Both the position numbers and the translations under genes were made by a program. Shown here in pieces: positions 26,674-36,400 of a stretch of DNA of 64,000 nt (positions are counted from its first letter, which is position 1; each line of letters opens with the position of its first letter). The notes beneath the pieces are model-generated. The model was not told where the DNA came from and searched no databases. It saw only the letters and a program-made list of their open reading frames with translations. Source of the stretch: a bacterium (GTDB taxonomy: Bacteria; Patescibacteriota; Minisyncoccia; UBA6257; JAUSGH01); assembly GCA_030649055.1 (NCBI GenBank), contig JAUSGH010000001.1, positions 10,907 to 74,906 on the forward strand. The letters are read 5' to 3'.

Positions 26674-27582
26674 TTATCTCCGTCTTCCGTGAAAACTTTT
26701 ATGAATTTCTTTCAGTTCTTTGTTGGTGAGGTGGGTATACACTTGCGTCGTTGAAACATTGCTGTGTCCGAGGAGTTCCTGCACCGAGCGGAGATCCGCG
26801 CCGTTCACGAGGAGGTCGGTGGCAAAAAGATGGCGCAAGCCATGCGGAGTGAGTCGCTTCCCGACAATGCCGGCTTTCTTGCCATAGTAATGAATAAGCC
26901 GCTGCACGGTGCGCGGAATGATGCGCCCCAACACCTTCGGCTGCTTCGCTTTGCTCATGCTGACAAACAGCGCTTCGTCGGCATCACCGCGCCCGGCGAG
27001 ATATGTGTCAACGGCTTTCCTTGCGCGGTCGGAGATAAACACTACGCGTAGCTTGTCTCCTTTGCCGCGCACGGTGATTTCACCTTGCTTGAAGTTAAGG
27101 TAGCGGCTTAATTTGCAAAGTTCCGAAACGCGCAGTCCCGTGGAGAAAAGCATTTCAAGAATTGCGCGATCGCGGAGCGCGCGGAGATCGGTGCCCGAAG
27201 GCGCGGCAAGCAGGCGTTCCAGTTCGGCATATTCAATAATTTCAATTTGCCGGTCGCCGAGCTTTGGGAGTTCTATTTTTTCGGGAGAGGGAACAACGTA
27301 ATCCTGCTTCGCGAGATATTTCAGAAAATTGCGGATAGCGATGACGTAGTAGCTTTGGGTGCTTTTCTTGAGCGGCTCGCCGGATGGGGCGCTGGTGCGG
27401 GCGAGCGCGAGGCGAAAATCCTTTATTTTATCAAGGGTGAAATTACGCAACGTCGTGACGCCGGACTGCTTGATGAAATGACGCAAATAGCGCTCGTAAT
27501 TCTCGCGCGTTTTTGGCGAGCGGTTTTTCTCAACTTCAAGGTAGTCCAGATATTCTTTTAAAAGTTTTTCAATCTCGATCAT
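26674..27582 (-). CDS. Tyrosine site-specific recombinase XerC/XerD family
   Basis: C-terminal catalytic region HGLRHLFATDLLVNGADLRSVQELLGHSNVSTTQVYTHL with R..HxxR..Y. Start set at MIEIEKLLKEYLDYL. Confidence 0.8.
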   Translation of the reverse strand: MIEIEKLLKEYLDYLEVEKNRSPKTRENYERYLRHFIKQSGVTTLRNFTLDKIKDFRLALARTSAPSGEPLKKSTQSYYVIAIRNFLKYLAKQDYVVPSPEKIELPKLGDRQIEIIEYAELERLLAAPSGTDLRALRDRAILEMLFSTGLRVSELCKLSRYLNFKQGEITVRGKGDKLRVVFISDRARKAVDTYLAGRGDADEALFVSMSKAKQPKVLGRIIPRTVQRLIHYYGKKAGIVGKRLTPHGLRHLFATDLLVNGADLRSVQELLGHSNVSTTQVYTHLTNKELKEIHKSFHGRRR

Positions 27583-27721
27583 TATCTTCAGTATACATTG
27601 TGCGACACATGGGGAACATGTATTGAGTATCGAGTATTGAGAAGTGAGTATGGGATGCATACGCTCAGCATTTGTTTGGCATACTGTCTTCTCTATACTC
27701 AATACAGCATACTTCGCAAAG

Positions 27722-27749
27722 TTGCATCTTTTTGCGTATCGCGTATAAT
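27722..27749 (+). promoter_or_regulatory. Sigma70-like promoter upstream of ftsH
   Basis: TTGCAT, 16-nt spacer, TATAAT. A second extended -10 TGTATAAT lies at 27773-27780, only 10 nt before the ATG. Confidence 0.5.
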
Positions 27750-27790
27750 TTACGGAATACCGCAAGCACGTTGTATAATGAAGTCATCGT

Positions 27791-29626
27791 ATGAATTCAC
27801 TCTATAAAAACATCTTCTGGTCCATTACCACCCTCTTGACGGTCGCGATCGTTTTTTCGCTTTTCGCGGAAACAGGAAAAAAGTCGGACGCGTGGAGTAT
27901 GGATCAGCTTGTGGCGAAGCTCAACGCCGGCGCGGTGGAGAAGGTGACCGTGAACGGGCAAGATATTGCTGTTGATTTAAAAGACGGAGGCAAAGCGACG
28001 GCGCGCAAAGAAGATGAAGCGGGACTCACGGAAACACTCAAGAACTTCGGGCTTGATCCGCGCTCACTCCAGGGTGTGTCGTTCGCGGTGCAGGAAGAAT
28101 CCGGCACGCGTTTTTGGCTGGGCATTTTGATCCCGACACTCCTCCCCGTCATCATTATCGCGTTTATTTTTTGGTATATGTTCCGCCAGGCGAAAGGGGG
28201 AGCAAGCCAGGCGTTCACCTTCGGGCGCGCGAATTTGCGGTTATCTTCGCCGTTCAAAAATCGCGTGACGTTTAAGGATGTCGCGGGTTTGAAAGAGGCA
28301 AAGCAGGAGCTGGAGGAAGTCGTGGATTTTTTGAAGAATCCGAAAAAGTTTTTGGATATTGGCGCGCGGATTCCGAGAGGAGTCTTGCTTATGGGCCCTC
28401 CAGGCACAGGAAAAACGTTGCTTGCGCGCGCGGTGAGCGGCGAGGCTGGTGTGCCGTTCTTTCATATTTCCGCCTCGGAATTTGTGGAGATGTTTGTTGG
28501 CGTAGGCGCCGCGCGTACGCGTGACGCGTTTGAAACGGCGAAAAAAGCCGCGCCGTCCATTTTGTTTATTGATGAAATTGATGCCATTGGGCGCGAACGC
28601 GGCGCGGGCGTGGGCGGAGGGCACGACGAGCGCGAGCAGACACTCAATCAGATTCTTGTGGAAATGGACGGTTTTGACCGAGACACAAAAGTCATTGTGC
28701 TTGCGGCAACCAACCGGCCTGACGTGCTGGACTCGGCCCTGCTTCGTCCGGGTAGATTTGACCGGCGCGTGGTGCTGGACTTGCCGGACATCGCCGACCG
28801 CGAACAGATTTTGAAAATCCATTCAAATAACAAGCCGATGGATCGCATGGTGGATTTGCGGAAAATCGCCGTCCGCACGCCGGGATTTTCGGGGGCGGAC
28901 CTCGCGAACTTGGTGAACGAAGCCGCGATTTCCACGGCACGGAAAAATAAGCGCATCATCGGGCAGGACGAACTGTATAATTCCATTGAAAAAGTGATGC
29001 TGGGGCCTGAACGGCGTGGGCGAGTTATTTCTGCAAAAGAAAAAGAGATTACGGCATATCACGAAGCGGGTCATGCCCTTGTCGCCGCGAGTTTGAAAGA
29101 TTCCGACCCGGTGCATAAAGTGTCTGTCGTGAGCCGCGGGAATGCCGGCGGATATACATTGAAGTTGCCGTTGGAGGAAGTGCATTTGCGCACGAGGACT
29201 CAGTTTTTGACGGATATCGCGATGATGATGGGAGGTTATGCCGCCGAGGAACTGATGTTCGGCGAGATGTCCACCGGCGCATCTAGTGACCTGCGGCAGG
29301 CGTCGGAACTCGCGCGGCGGCTCGTGATGCAGTATGGCATGAGCGAAAAGCTCGGGCCACAGACCTTCGGAGATATGCAGGAGCTGATATTCTTGGGACG
29401 TGAAATCTCTTCCACGAAAAATTATTCCGAAGCCGTCGCGGAAAAAATCGACGATGAGGTGAGCGCGTTTATTTCGCGCGCGTATAAATCCGCGCAAAAG
29501 ATTCTCTCCTCGCGCCGGAAAGTGCTGGAAGCAATCGCGAAGCGGCTGTTGGAAAAGGAAATTTTGGAACAGGAGGATTTCTACGCATTGCTTAAGCCTT
29601 TTAACTTGAAGCCGGTGACGGTGTAG
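27791..29626 (+). CDS. ftsH: ATP-dependent zinc metalloprotease FtsH
   Basis: Two N-terminal TM helices, AAA+ Walker [17 protein letters not shown] zinc site. Confidence 0.95.
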   Translation: MNSLYKNIFWSITTLLTVAIVFSLFAETGKKSDAWSMDQLVAKLNAGAVEKVTVNGQDIAVDLKDGGKATARKEDEAGLTETLKNFGLDPRSLQGVSFAVQEESGTRFWLGILIPTLLPVIIIAFIFWYMFRQAKGGASQAFTFGRANLRLSSPFKNRVTFKDVAGLKEAKQELEEVVDFLKNPKKFLDIGARIPRGVLLMGPPGTGKTLLARAVSGEAGVPFFHISASEFVEMFVGVGAARTRDAFETAKKAAPSILFIDEIDAIGRERGAGVGGGHDEREQTLNQILVEMDGFDRDTKVIVLAATNRPDVLDSALLRPGRFDRRVVLDLPDIADREQILKIHSNNKPMDRMVDLRKIAVRTPGFSGADLANLVNEAAISTARKNKRIIGQDELYNSIEKVMLGPERRGRVISAKEKEITAYHEAGHALVAASLKDSDPVHKVSVVSRGNAGGYTLKLPLEEVHLRTRTQFLTDIAMMMGGYAAEELMFGEMSTGASSDLRQASELARRLVMQYGMSEKLGPQTFGDMQELIFLGREISSTKNYSEAVAEKIDDEVSAFISRAYKSAQKILSSRRKVLEAIAKRLLEKEILEQEDFYALLKPFNLKPVTV

Positions 29627-29635
29627 TGCGCGTTT

Positions 29636-29722
29636 TGTCATTCCGGACCTGATCCGGAATCCAGCTCGCTAGGCTCTGGATTCCCGCTGGAGTTTATCCG
29701 CCTTTGGCGGGCGGGAATGACA
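29636..29722. mobile_element. MITE-like palindromic intergenic repeat, copy 1 (TGTCATTCC...GGAATGACA)
   Basis: 87 bp. Its reverse complement is about 90% identical to the copy at 37481-37566. Compound palindrome with internal hairpins. Lies directly after the ftsH stop. Confidence 0.6.
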
Positions 29723-29810
29723 CATAATCGATGGCTCGCTTGTTTTCCGCAACGCATTGCGTTACTTTTGATATGGTTCTTCTCGGGTGGTTTTTGTACG
29801 GAGGTAACCC

Positions 29811-30551
29811 GTGGGTCCGCATCGTCGGAGATTGCTTCGTCGCGCGGTGCGGCAGGCAAAGATTATCTCGTTTGATGCCGACGGAACACTGGTGGATTCG
29901 CGCATAACCGCGGTTCCGATCCACGCGGAGCTTGCGTCGAAGTATGGCCTCGCGACACCGGCGCCGTATGACGGGTGCTCCATTCCGGCTTGGCTTACAG
30001 CGCAAGGGCTAACGCCCCGCGCGCGCCGGCAGTACCTCAATGAGTGTCGGAAGATGGAGGAGGAGCGGCGTCCGCGGATATTCCCTGGCGTGAACGAACT
30101 CGTGCGGAAACTTAAGGACGCGGGGAAGTGCGTCGGAGTGATGACAAACCGTCCGGCGGAGGTACGGGGTTTCCGGATGTTCTGGAATTCCGGGCTCGAC
30201 CTGAACCTTTTTGATTTCTTCGCGACCTACGATCCGCATCCGCGGCGCGTTATGTGGATGAAGCGCTTGTGGCTCATGCGGAACATGCCCGATCATCACG
30301 TATCCGCTGCGTTCCCGAAGCCGGATAAGCGGGCATTTGATCCGATTTACCCGTGGATCGCGAAACTTGGTGCGAGTCCGGGTGAAGTCATCCATGTCGG
30401 CGATTCCATTCCGGATATCGTGGCGGCTCGCGAGAACTACTTCATGCCCATCGGCGTCCTCACGGGCGCGGTGCGGCACAAGAGCATCTTCTTTGAGCAC
30501 GGGGCGCAGTTTGTGCTCCCGTGTGTCACTGATGCGTTGAACGATCTCTAA
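29811..30551 (+). CDS. HAD-superfamily hydrolase (GC-rich)
   Basis: FDADGTLVDS (motif I) and GDSIPDI (motif IV). GTG start 6 nt after GGAGG. Confidence 0.65.
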   Translation: MGPHRRRLLRRAVRQAKIISFDADGTLVDSRITAVPIHAELASKYGLATPAPYDGCSIPAWLTAQGLTPRARRQYLNECRKMEEERRPRIFPGVNELVRKLKDAGKCVGVMTNRPAEVRGFRMFWNSGLDLNLFDFFATYDPHPRRVMWMKRLWLMRNMPDHHVSAAFPKPDKRAFDPIYPWIAKLGASPGEVIHVGDSIPDIVAARENYFMPIGVLTGAVRHKSIFFEHGAQFVLPCVTDALNDL

Positions 30552-30629
30552 TGGACCCGGTTTGCTTAGGCATCCGGGTCCGCTCTATTTGAAAATATGT
30601 CGGCGAAGCAGTATGATATGAATGCAAAT

Positions 30630-30771
30630 GCGCCCGTAGCTCAATGGTTAGAGCACCGAGCTTCCAATCGGCAGCGAGGATGGAGTAAAGTTGTGGCAAT
30701 GCGCCTGTAGCTCAATGGTTAGAGCACCGAGCTTCCAATCGGCAGCGAGGATGGAGTAAAGTTGTGGCGTT
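30630..30771 (+). pseudogene. Two tandem 71-bp units, each a tRNA 5' half plus a 37-nt spacer
   Basis: Unit 1 at 30630-30700 has acceptor gcgcccg, and unit 2 at 30701-30771 has acceptor gcgcctg. Both read ..gtagctcaatggttagagcaccgagctt + ccaatcggcagcgaggatggagtaaagttgtggc and lack an anticodon loop 3' side, T-arm and 3' acceptor. Confidence 0.7.
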
Positions 30772-30844
30772 GGGCGTGTAGCTCAATGGTTAGAGCACCG
30801 AGCTTATACCTCGGTGGTTCCTGGTTCGAGTCCAGGCACGCCCA
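30772..30844 (+). tRNA. tRNA-Ile (anticodon TAT)
   Basis: Acceptor gggcgtg/cacgccc, D-arm gctc-aatggtta-gagc, anticodon stem ccgag/ctcgg with loop cttatac, T-arm cctgg-ttcgagt-ccagg. No CCA encoded. Confidence 0.7.
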
Positions 30845-30890
30845 CAAATTTATTACATCCGAGCGAACCGATTGCATGCTAAAGGCATGG

Positions 30891-30927
30891 ACCTCGGTGG
30901 TTCCTGGTTCGAGTCCAGGCAGGCGCA
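30891..30927 (+). pseudogene. Orphan tRNA 3' half (anticodon-stem 3' strand, T-arm, acceptor caggcgc)
   Basis: acctcggtggttcctggttcgagtccaggcaggcgca. Its acceptor strand is complementary to the gcgcctg of 5'-half unit 2, implying a tRNA split by about 150 bp that contains the intact tRNA-Ile. A third 3'-end copy (tccaggcacgcccacaaatttta) lies at 31361-31385. Confidence 0.65.
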
Positions 30928-31639
30928 CAAATTTTATAATCAGCTTAATTGTTGATTATAAAATTTTGCGCCCGGACTCGAATGGGAAAGGGGTCGGGAA
31001 AACGGGAGTTTTCCCGTGGAGGAAGTGGACCCTATCGCAATTCTTGCTCTCGGCGCGTTGCGCTCCGCGCGCGTGAGCACAAGAAGCGACGACGAGGTTG
31101 TATGCTCTTGCATACGCCGAGGAGGAGCGACGCCGTGATTCGCGCGCGTGGTGCGCAACCCTTCGGGAAGCCGCATCTTGCCGCACATCGCAACGTTGCT
31201 CGTCGATTCATGTATCCCAGGGGATACACTTCACTCCTCGCGCCTTGCGCTGCGCCTAGCAATCTGCGGCTTCGCGCCAGAGATAAGAATTGCGATAGGG
31301 TCCGAACCGCTGGGTTTCAAAGCGCAAGCCCCGCAATGCGGGGCTGAGCAGTGAGATGTCCAGGCACGCCCACAAATTTTAAAACCAGAAGGAGGCGCGC
31401 TGTGGAAAACCCTCTTGCGCCTATGTGTCGCGATTTGTTATATATAAATGGTATGAAAAATGGTCGGCAACAGTTTACGTATGTCATGATTACGACGTCG
31501 CTTACGCGGAGGTCGCTTTCTCTTCATTCGTAACGCAGCCGATTCATACGAACGAAACAAGAAAGAGGCCTTCGCGAAACCGGAGGCCTTTTTCGTTTCG
31601 GGGCAGATTTTGTGGTTCTTTGACAATTCGGAGGTCGTC

Positions 31640-32068
31640 ATGCGTTTCACCGACGGGGATAAACATGCCGTTGCGGTGCTTCGGCAGTTTGCCCAGGACT
31701 TTTTGGAGCCGGGCGGGCTCCATGGGCCGATCTACTATCTTGGACAAGATACGCGGCTCTATGTGCTTGGCATCGTGAAAGATGCGAGCAGAGCGGGTTA
31801 CCCGGAGCGGCAGGTGCTCATATTGGGGAGCGATCCGTTGCCAAAGGAGAAATTTCCCGACATTCCCCAAGGGTGCGAGTTGCGGCTCTGCACGTTCGCG
31901 GTGTTGAAGCGCCCGCCGACTCCCGAAGAGCGCGAGGCGGACAAGCGGGAAGGGAGTGGGGGCGAGGACGGCTTCACCTACGAGCTCCTGGAGTTCAAGG
32001 GATGGAGCGACCACACGGTGTTCTTCGCCGGAACGACGATTCGTTCCCGATCCGCGGGGTTTCTTTGA
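31640..32068 (+). CDS. Hypothetical protein (142 aa, GC-rich)
   Basis: GGAGG RBS 5 nt before the ATG. The opposite-strand ORF 31544..32092 is Arg/Pro-rich and looks like a shadow ORF. Confidence 0.5.
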   Translation: MRFTDGDKHAVAVLRQFAQDFLEPGGLHGPIYYLGQDTRLYVLGIVKDASRAGYPERQVLILGSDPLPKEKFPDIPQGCELRLCTFAVLKRPPTPEEREADKREGSGGEDGFTYELLEFKGWSDHTVFFAGTTIRSRSAGFL

Positions 32069-32083
32069 CACGGTAGTCGCGTG

Positions 32084-32123
32084 ACCCAGCACTCGCCAAA
32101 GGCGAGCGCTGGGTTGCTTTTTT
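32084..32123 (+). terminator. Intrinsic terminator
   Basis: acccagcactcgcc-aaa-ggcgagcgctgggt followed by a T-run. Confidence 0.65.
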
Positions 32124-32207
32124 AGAAAAATGTTACGCTATGCAGTTGGCATGAGCTGTATGCGCGGTATAATTAGATATTAGACATTAGGAATTAGGAA
32201 TTGAACC

Positions 32208-33359
32208 ATGTCCCTCATTGAACAAAAAGATACGTTCGGTCCCGAGTTGGTGCTCCGTGTATATGATGCCGCAATCGGCATGGAAGGATTTTTAGTAATT
32301 GATAACACTGCTATCGGTCCCGGAAAGGGAGGCATCCGAATGACGCCGGATGTAACAGTAGAAGAAGTGTTTCGTCTTGCGCGGACAATGACGTGGAAAA
32401 ACGCGCTTGCTGACATTCCGTTCGGCGGCGCGAAGGGCGGGATTGTTTGGCCGGGTGGTTCCGACGAACTCAAAAAACAATTCATTCAAAGTTTTGCGCG
32501 CGCATTAAAGCCCTTTATGCCGAAGCGGTACATTGCGGGGCCGGACGTGAACACCGGCGAGCGCGAAATGCAGTGGTTTGTGGAGGCAACCGGCAACTGG
32601 CGCACGGCAACGGGGAAGCCGGCAAATTATTGTATGACGGTCTTCGGGAAGAAAGGAGAAAAGTGCGGCATTCCGCACGAGTTCGGCAGTACCGGATTCG
32701 GTGTGGTGCACGCGACGCGCGTGGCGGCGGATCTCGCGGGCTTGGATATCAAAAAAGCGAGCGTTGCGATTGAAGGATTCGGCAACGTGGGGAGTTTTGC
32801 GTTTCAGTACTTGAAAGAACTCGGCGCGAACGTGGTCGCGGTTTCCGATAAGGACGGCGCAATCTATAACCCAAAGGGCTTGGACGGCGCGAAACTCATG
32901 GCGCTCAAAAACGCGGGGAAGTCCGTCGCCGCCTACGGCAACGGCGAAAAAATTTCGCATGACGAAATCTTCGGATTGCCGGTGGATATTTTGATTCCCG
33001 CGGCGGTAACCGATGTCATCAACGACAAAAATAAAAACTCCGTCAAAGCGAAAATCATCGTGGAAGGCGCGAATATTCCAATGCAGGAACGCATTGAAGA
33101 AGAATTATTTAACAAAGGCGTCATGATTGTTCCGGATTTTGTGGCAAATGCGGGCGGGGTTATTTCTTCATACGCCGAGTACCGCGGCTATAACCCGAAG
33201 CGTATGTTTGAGTTGGTGGAACGAAAAATTGTGAAGTCCGCAAAAGTAGTACTTGGCAAGAGCTTGAAAGAGCACCGTCCGGCGCGTGCCATCGGCGTGG
33301 AGCTCGCAATGGCGAAAGTGGAGGCGGCGGGAAAGAAACGTAAAATGACGTTCCGGTAA
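32208..33359 (+). CDS. Glu/Leu/Phe/Val dehydrogenase family protein (glutamate dehydrogenase-like)
   Basis: GPGKGGIRM...IPFGGAKGG substrate-domain motifs and a GFGNVG Rossmann motif. Confidence 0.8.
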   Translation: MSLIEQKDTFGPELVLRVYDAAIGMEGFLVIDNTAIGPGKGGIRMTPDVTVEEVFRLARTMTWKNALADIPFGGAKGGIVWPGGSDELKKQFIQSFARALKPFMPKRYIAGPDVNTGEREMQWFVEATGNWRTATGKPANYCMTVFGKKGEKCGIPHEFGSTGFGVVHATRVAADLAGLDIKKASVAIEGFGNVGSFAFQYLKELGANVVAVSDKDGAIYNPKGLDGAKLMALKNAGKSVAAYGNGEKISHDEIFGLPVDILIPAAVTDVINDKNKNSVKAKIIVEGANIPMQERIEEELFNKGVMIVPDFVANAGGVISSYAEYRGYNPKRMFELVERKIVKSAKVVLGKSLKEHRPARAIGVELAMAKVEAAGKKRKMTFR

Positions 33360-33370
33360 TATTGGTCATC

Positions 33371-33437
33371 TGTCATTCCCGCGGAAGCGGGAATCTAGAA
33401 TTTGTGGACTAGATTCCGGATCGAGTCCGGAATGACA
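33371..33437. mobile_element. MITE-like palindromic intergenic repeat, copy 2 (short variant)
   Basis: tgtcattcccgcggaagcgggaatctagaatttgtggactagattccggatcgagtccggaatgaca. Same termini as the other copies. A related mini-palindrome gtcatccgaggatgac follows. Confidence 0.6.
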
Positions 33438-33485
33438 AGTCATCCGAGGATGACAAGCAGGGAGTGGTGCTATAATGAAAATACA

Positions 33486-36400
33486 ATGACGCTATATTTT
33501 GGTCCGTCAAAATTCTTGCTTCTTTGCTTTCTTGCTTCTTTGCTTTTATTTTCCTCTGCGCACGCCCAGACCGCCGGCACGTGGGACTCGCGCGCGGCGG
33601 TTTCGGCAAGCGTGAGTCAATCCGCGAGCCTTCTCGCATACCCGGGTAGCGGCAATCTTATCTATCAGCGCCGTGGCGACGATAATACGTTCAATAGTTA
33701 CAGCATCTCCGGAGATTCGTGGTCGGCGCTTACCTCCGACAACTGCGGCGCAGGCATCGGCAACGGCTCATTTTTAGTGCGCGGCGATAGCGGATTTTTG
33801 TACGCCGCGTGTCCCGGCGGGAACGACACAACGGACTTCGTGCGCTATGATATCTCTGGCGCCGATTGGGAGGAGCGCGCAACCTCGCCTTCTGGTTTTG
33901 GAAACGGTGCTGCGGCGGTATGGGACGGCAGCGACTATATATACGCGCTTCCTGGCGATGCAATGGCTGCTTTTTATCGCTACACCATTTCTACTAATGT
34001 GTGGGACTCCATGACTGCCTCGCCGACGGGTGTTACCGGTGGCGGCTCACTTGCATATCCCGGGAGCGGCAACTTTATTTACGCTTTCCGTGGTAGTGAC
34101 CTCACAACATTCTACCGCTACCACATCACCGAAAACGACTGGTCACCCATAACCGCCGCGCCAGATACCGTTGGTGGCGGCGGCTCGCTTGTTGCTATCG
34201 ACACGTCAACAATCTACGCCTTGCGCGGTGAAGGGGGCGGTACGCCACGAACGGATTTCTGGAGCTACGGCATCTCCGGCGACAGCTGGACGGTGCTCAC
34301 CGTCGCCCCAGCGGCTGTCGGCGCAGGTGGATCTCTTGCCTATGTGTCCAATTCATCGGGAACATTTCTCTATCAGCTCCGCGGTAATGCGACTACGGAT
34401 TTCAATCGGTATACCATTTCCGTCGTAGCGGCGAGTACCGGCAGTTCGGCCGGCAGCTTCCTTCTTGCCGCTCGGCAAGACGGGGGACTTTCGCTTGCTC
34501 GCGCAACGCCACCCGCCTCGCCGACAAATGTCGTGGTGACGCCATTGCCGTGCAACGGCACCTGCGGCGCGACAATCGCGCTTTCATACGCCGCGCTTTC
34601 CGTGCATCGTGGGCGCCCGATGACGTTCGCGTTTATCGATGAATCCGGGAAAACATTGGGAAGCATCTACGAGCCGTACGCGAACGGAAAGTCATACACT
34701 ATGGAGCTCAAAAATCTTCCGCAAAACAGCCCATTAAACGGACGGCTTTGCGCGCAGTTCAGTCCTGGTGAGGGTTGCGCGAATGTCCAAAGCTGGACGC
34801 TCTGGTCGCTTGACGCCGCAAAAGTGAAATTAAGCGCCGCGCCTGAGGGTGACCGGTATCGTGTGCGCGTGGCAGTCCCTCCGTTTATGAATGAGGGGGT
34901 GGATGCGAGCGGCGTGCGTGTTGCGATAGAGGAGAACGGCGCGGTAAAACCCATGAGCATGAAAAACGGCCGCGTGCCGGCCGCGACGCTTGCGCAAGTC
35001 GTTACAACAATCGGTACGCACGAGACAATAACGCAGGTTGCGCCGTTCATAAACACCGCGATTACCCCCCCAGCGCCTTCCGGTGGACTTTCCGTGCCCC
35101 GTACTACGCTTGATGTTATTTCTATACTTCCCGTCATACAGGCGGCGCCGAAAACAGGGAGTGGCGGAATCTCCGTGCCGTCAAAAGCAGCTCCGTCGCC
35201 GGTGCCGGTGAAGGAGAGTTTGCCCGGAACATTACTCCAAAGATCCGGCGAGTGGGCAACCATGCTTGCGCCTGGCGAATATCGCATGGTCTTGACTCCC
35301 ATAAACGGCAAAGGCGTGCTCGGTGTTCCGCTTACACTGCCGCTGTCACTCAAACCCTTTGGCGAAGCGATGACACTTACGGCCGGCATGGAGGCGGAGG
35401 ATGGCACGCTCCGGACAATAATCGATGCGACCTCGAATCGTCTTGGGAATACCGGCATAGACATCATTGCGGAGCGTAAAGGAAGCGCCTTCGCGTTTCG
35501 CTCGACGGAGAAATCCGTTGAGGTACGCGTGTCACTTGTCGCGGCGCTCGCGAAAGCTGAAGAACATTTTGATTTTGTTTTTGCGTGCGCGCCCGGGGGA
35601 GGTAACTGCGCGGTAAAAAGCGTTGCCGCGCAAAAAGGGAATATTATCAACCGAGCGGCCATTGCGAAAAACAGCAACGGATTTGTGACGGTGAAAACGG
35701 AAGATGCGATTGCGACGGTGCGCGTAACCGAAGGGATAACGCAGATAAGCATTTCCGCGACCGGGGAGTTGAAGCGGCTGAGGAGCGAAGAATACGTCGC
35801 GTTAAACGCGCTTCGCGGCGGCACCGCGACATTTTCCGTTTCAGCGGCCGATGTACTTGGAAATACCGCGGCGATCCGCGACGTGCCGGTGAACATTCCG
35901 GGGAGCGAGGCGGCGATTGCCGCGTTTACCGTTACGTCCGCGGGCGATGAGGGTGACGTGGAAGCGCGTGGAGTTATTGATTATTCGAATTTCACCGCGC
36001 GCGGATTGCTACTTAATCTTTCGTTCGCCGAGGAAGGATTGAGCGTCGAGGGTACAGTGGCAAGTATTCCGCAGTTGGTGCAGTTGCTCGTCGCGCGCGA
36101 TGACGGGACGGGCGTACAATTCGCGCTTTCGTGCGAAGCCTCGCCACAGGCGGGCGAAGCCTCGCCGCAGGTAGGCGAAAAAACTTGCGGTATTGTCGCG
36201 ATCGCGGCGCCTCAAGGAACGCCGCTTGAAGTAGTGCCTGAAGAAAATCCGGACGGCACAATGCGCGCGGAGGCGGGCGGCATCACGCTGACGTATGATA
36301 CGCAAAACGCATTGCCGATGCTTGTCGGGGCGGATGCGGCGGGATTTTCCAATATTGAAATCCGCGCGCGCTACCCGTCATTCGGTCTCGGTAATTTCAC

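Noticed and set aside
26674-27582. XerC/D-family recombinase as the integrase of the tRNA-Ile-associated element
   Set aside because: It is 3 kb away on the other side of ftsH and a HAD hydrolase, and has the chromosomal XerC/D length and motifs. No dif-like 28-mer was seen nearby. Treated as housekeeping Xer.
30965-31360. tmRNA or RNase P RNA identity for the GC-rich structured block
   Set aside because: The 5' end resembles tmRNA (ggactcgaatggg), but no 3' tRNA-like T-arm or ACCA end complementary to gcgcccg was found and there is no tag-peptide reading frame ending in hydrophobic A/L residues. No RNase P P4 motifs (GGAAAGUCCGGGC/ACAGAAA) either. Left as an unidentified structured element.
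32161-32207. attag x4 micro-repeat (attagatattagacattaggaattaggaatt) upstream of the dehydrogenase gene
   Set aside because: Short, AT-rich and overlapping a plausible -10 (TATAAT at 32168). Most simply explained as promoter and spacer sequence.
33402-33485. N-terminal extension MWTRFRIESGMTSHPRMTSREWCYNENT of the large surface-protein ORF
   Set aside because: It reads through the MITE-like palindromic repeat. The signal peptide begins at the ATG at 33486.
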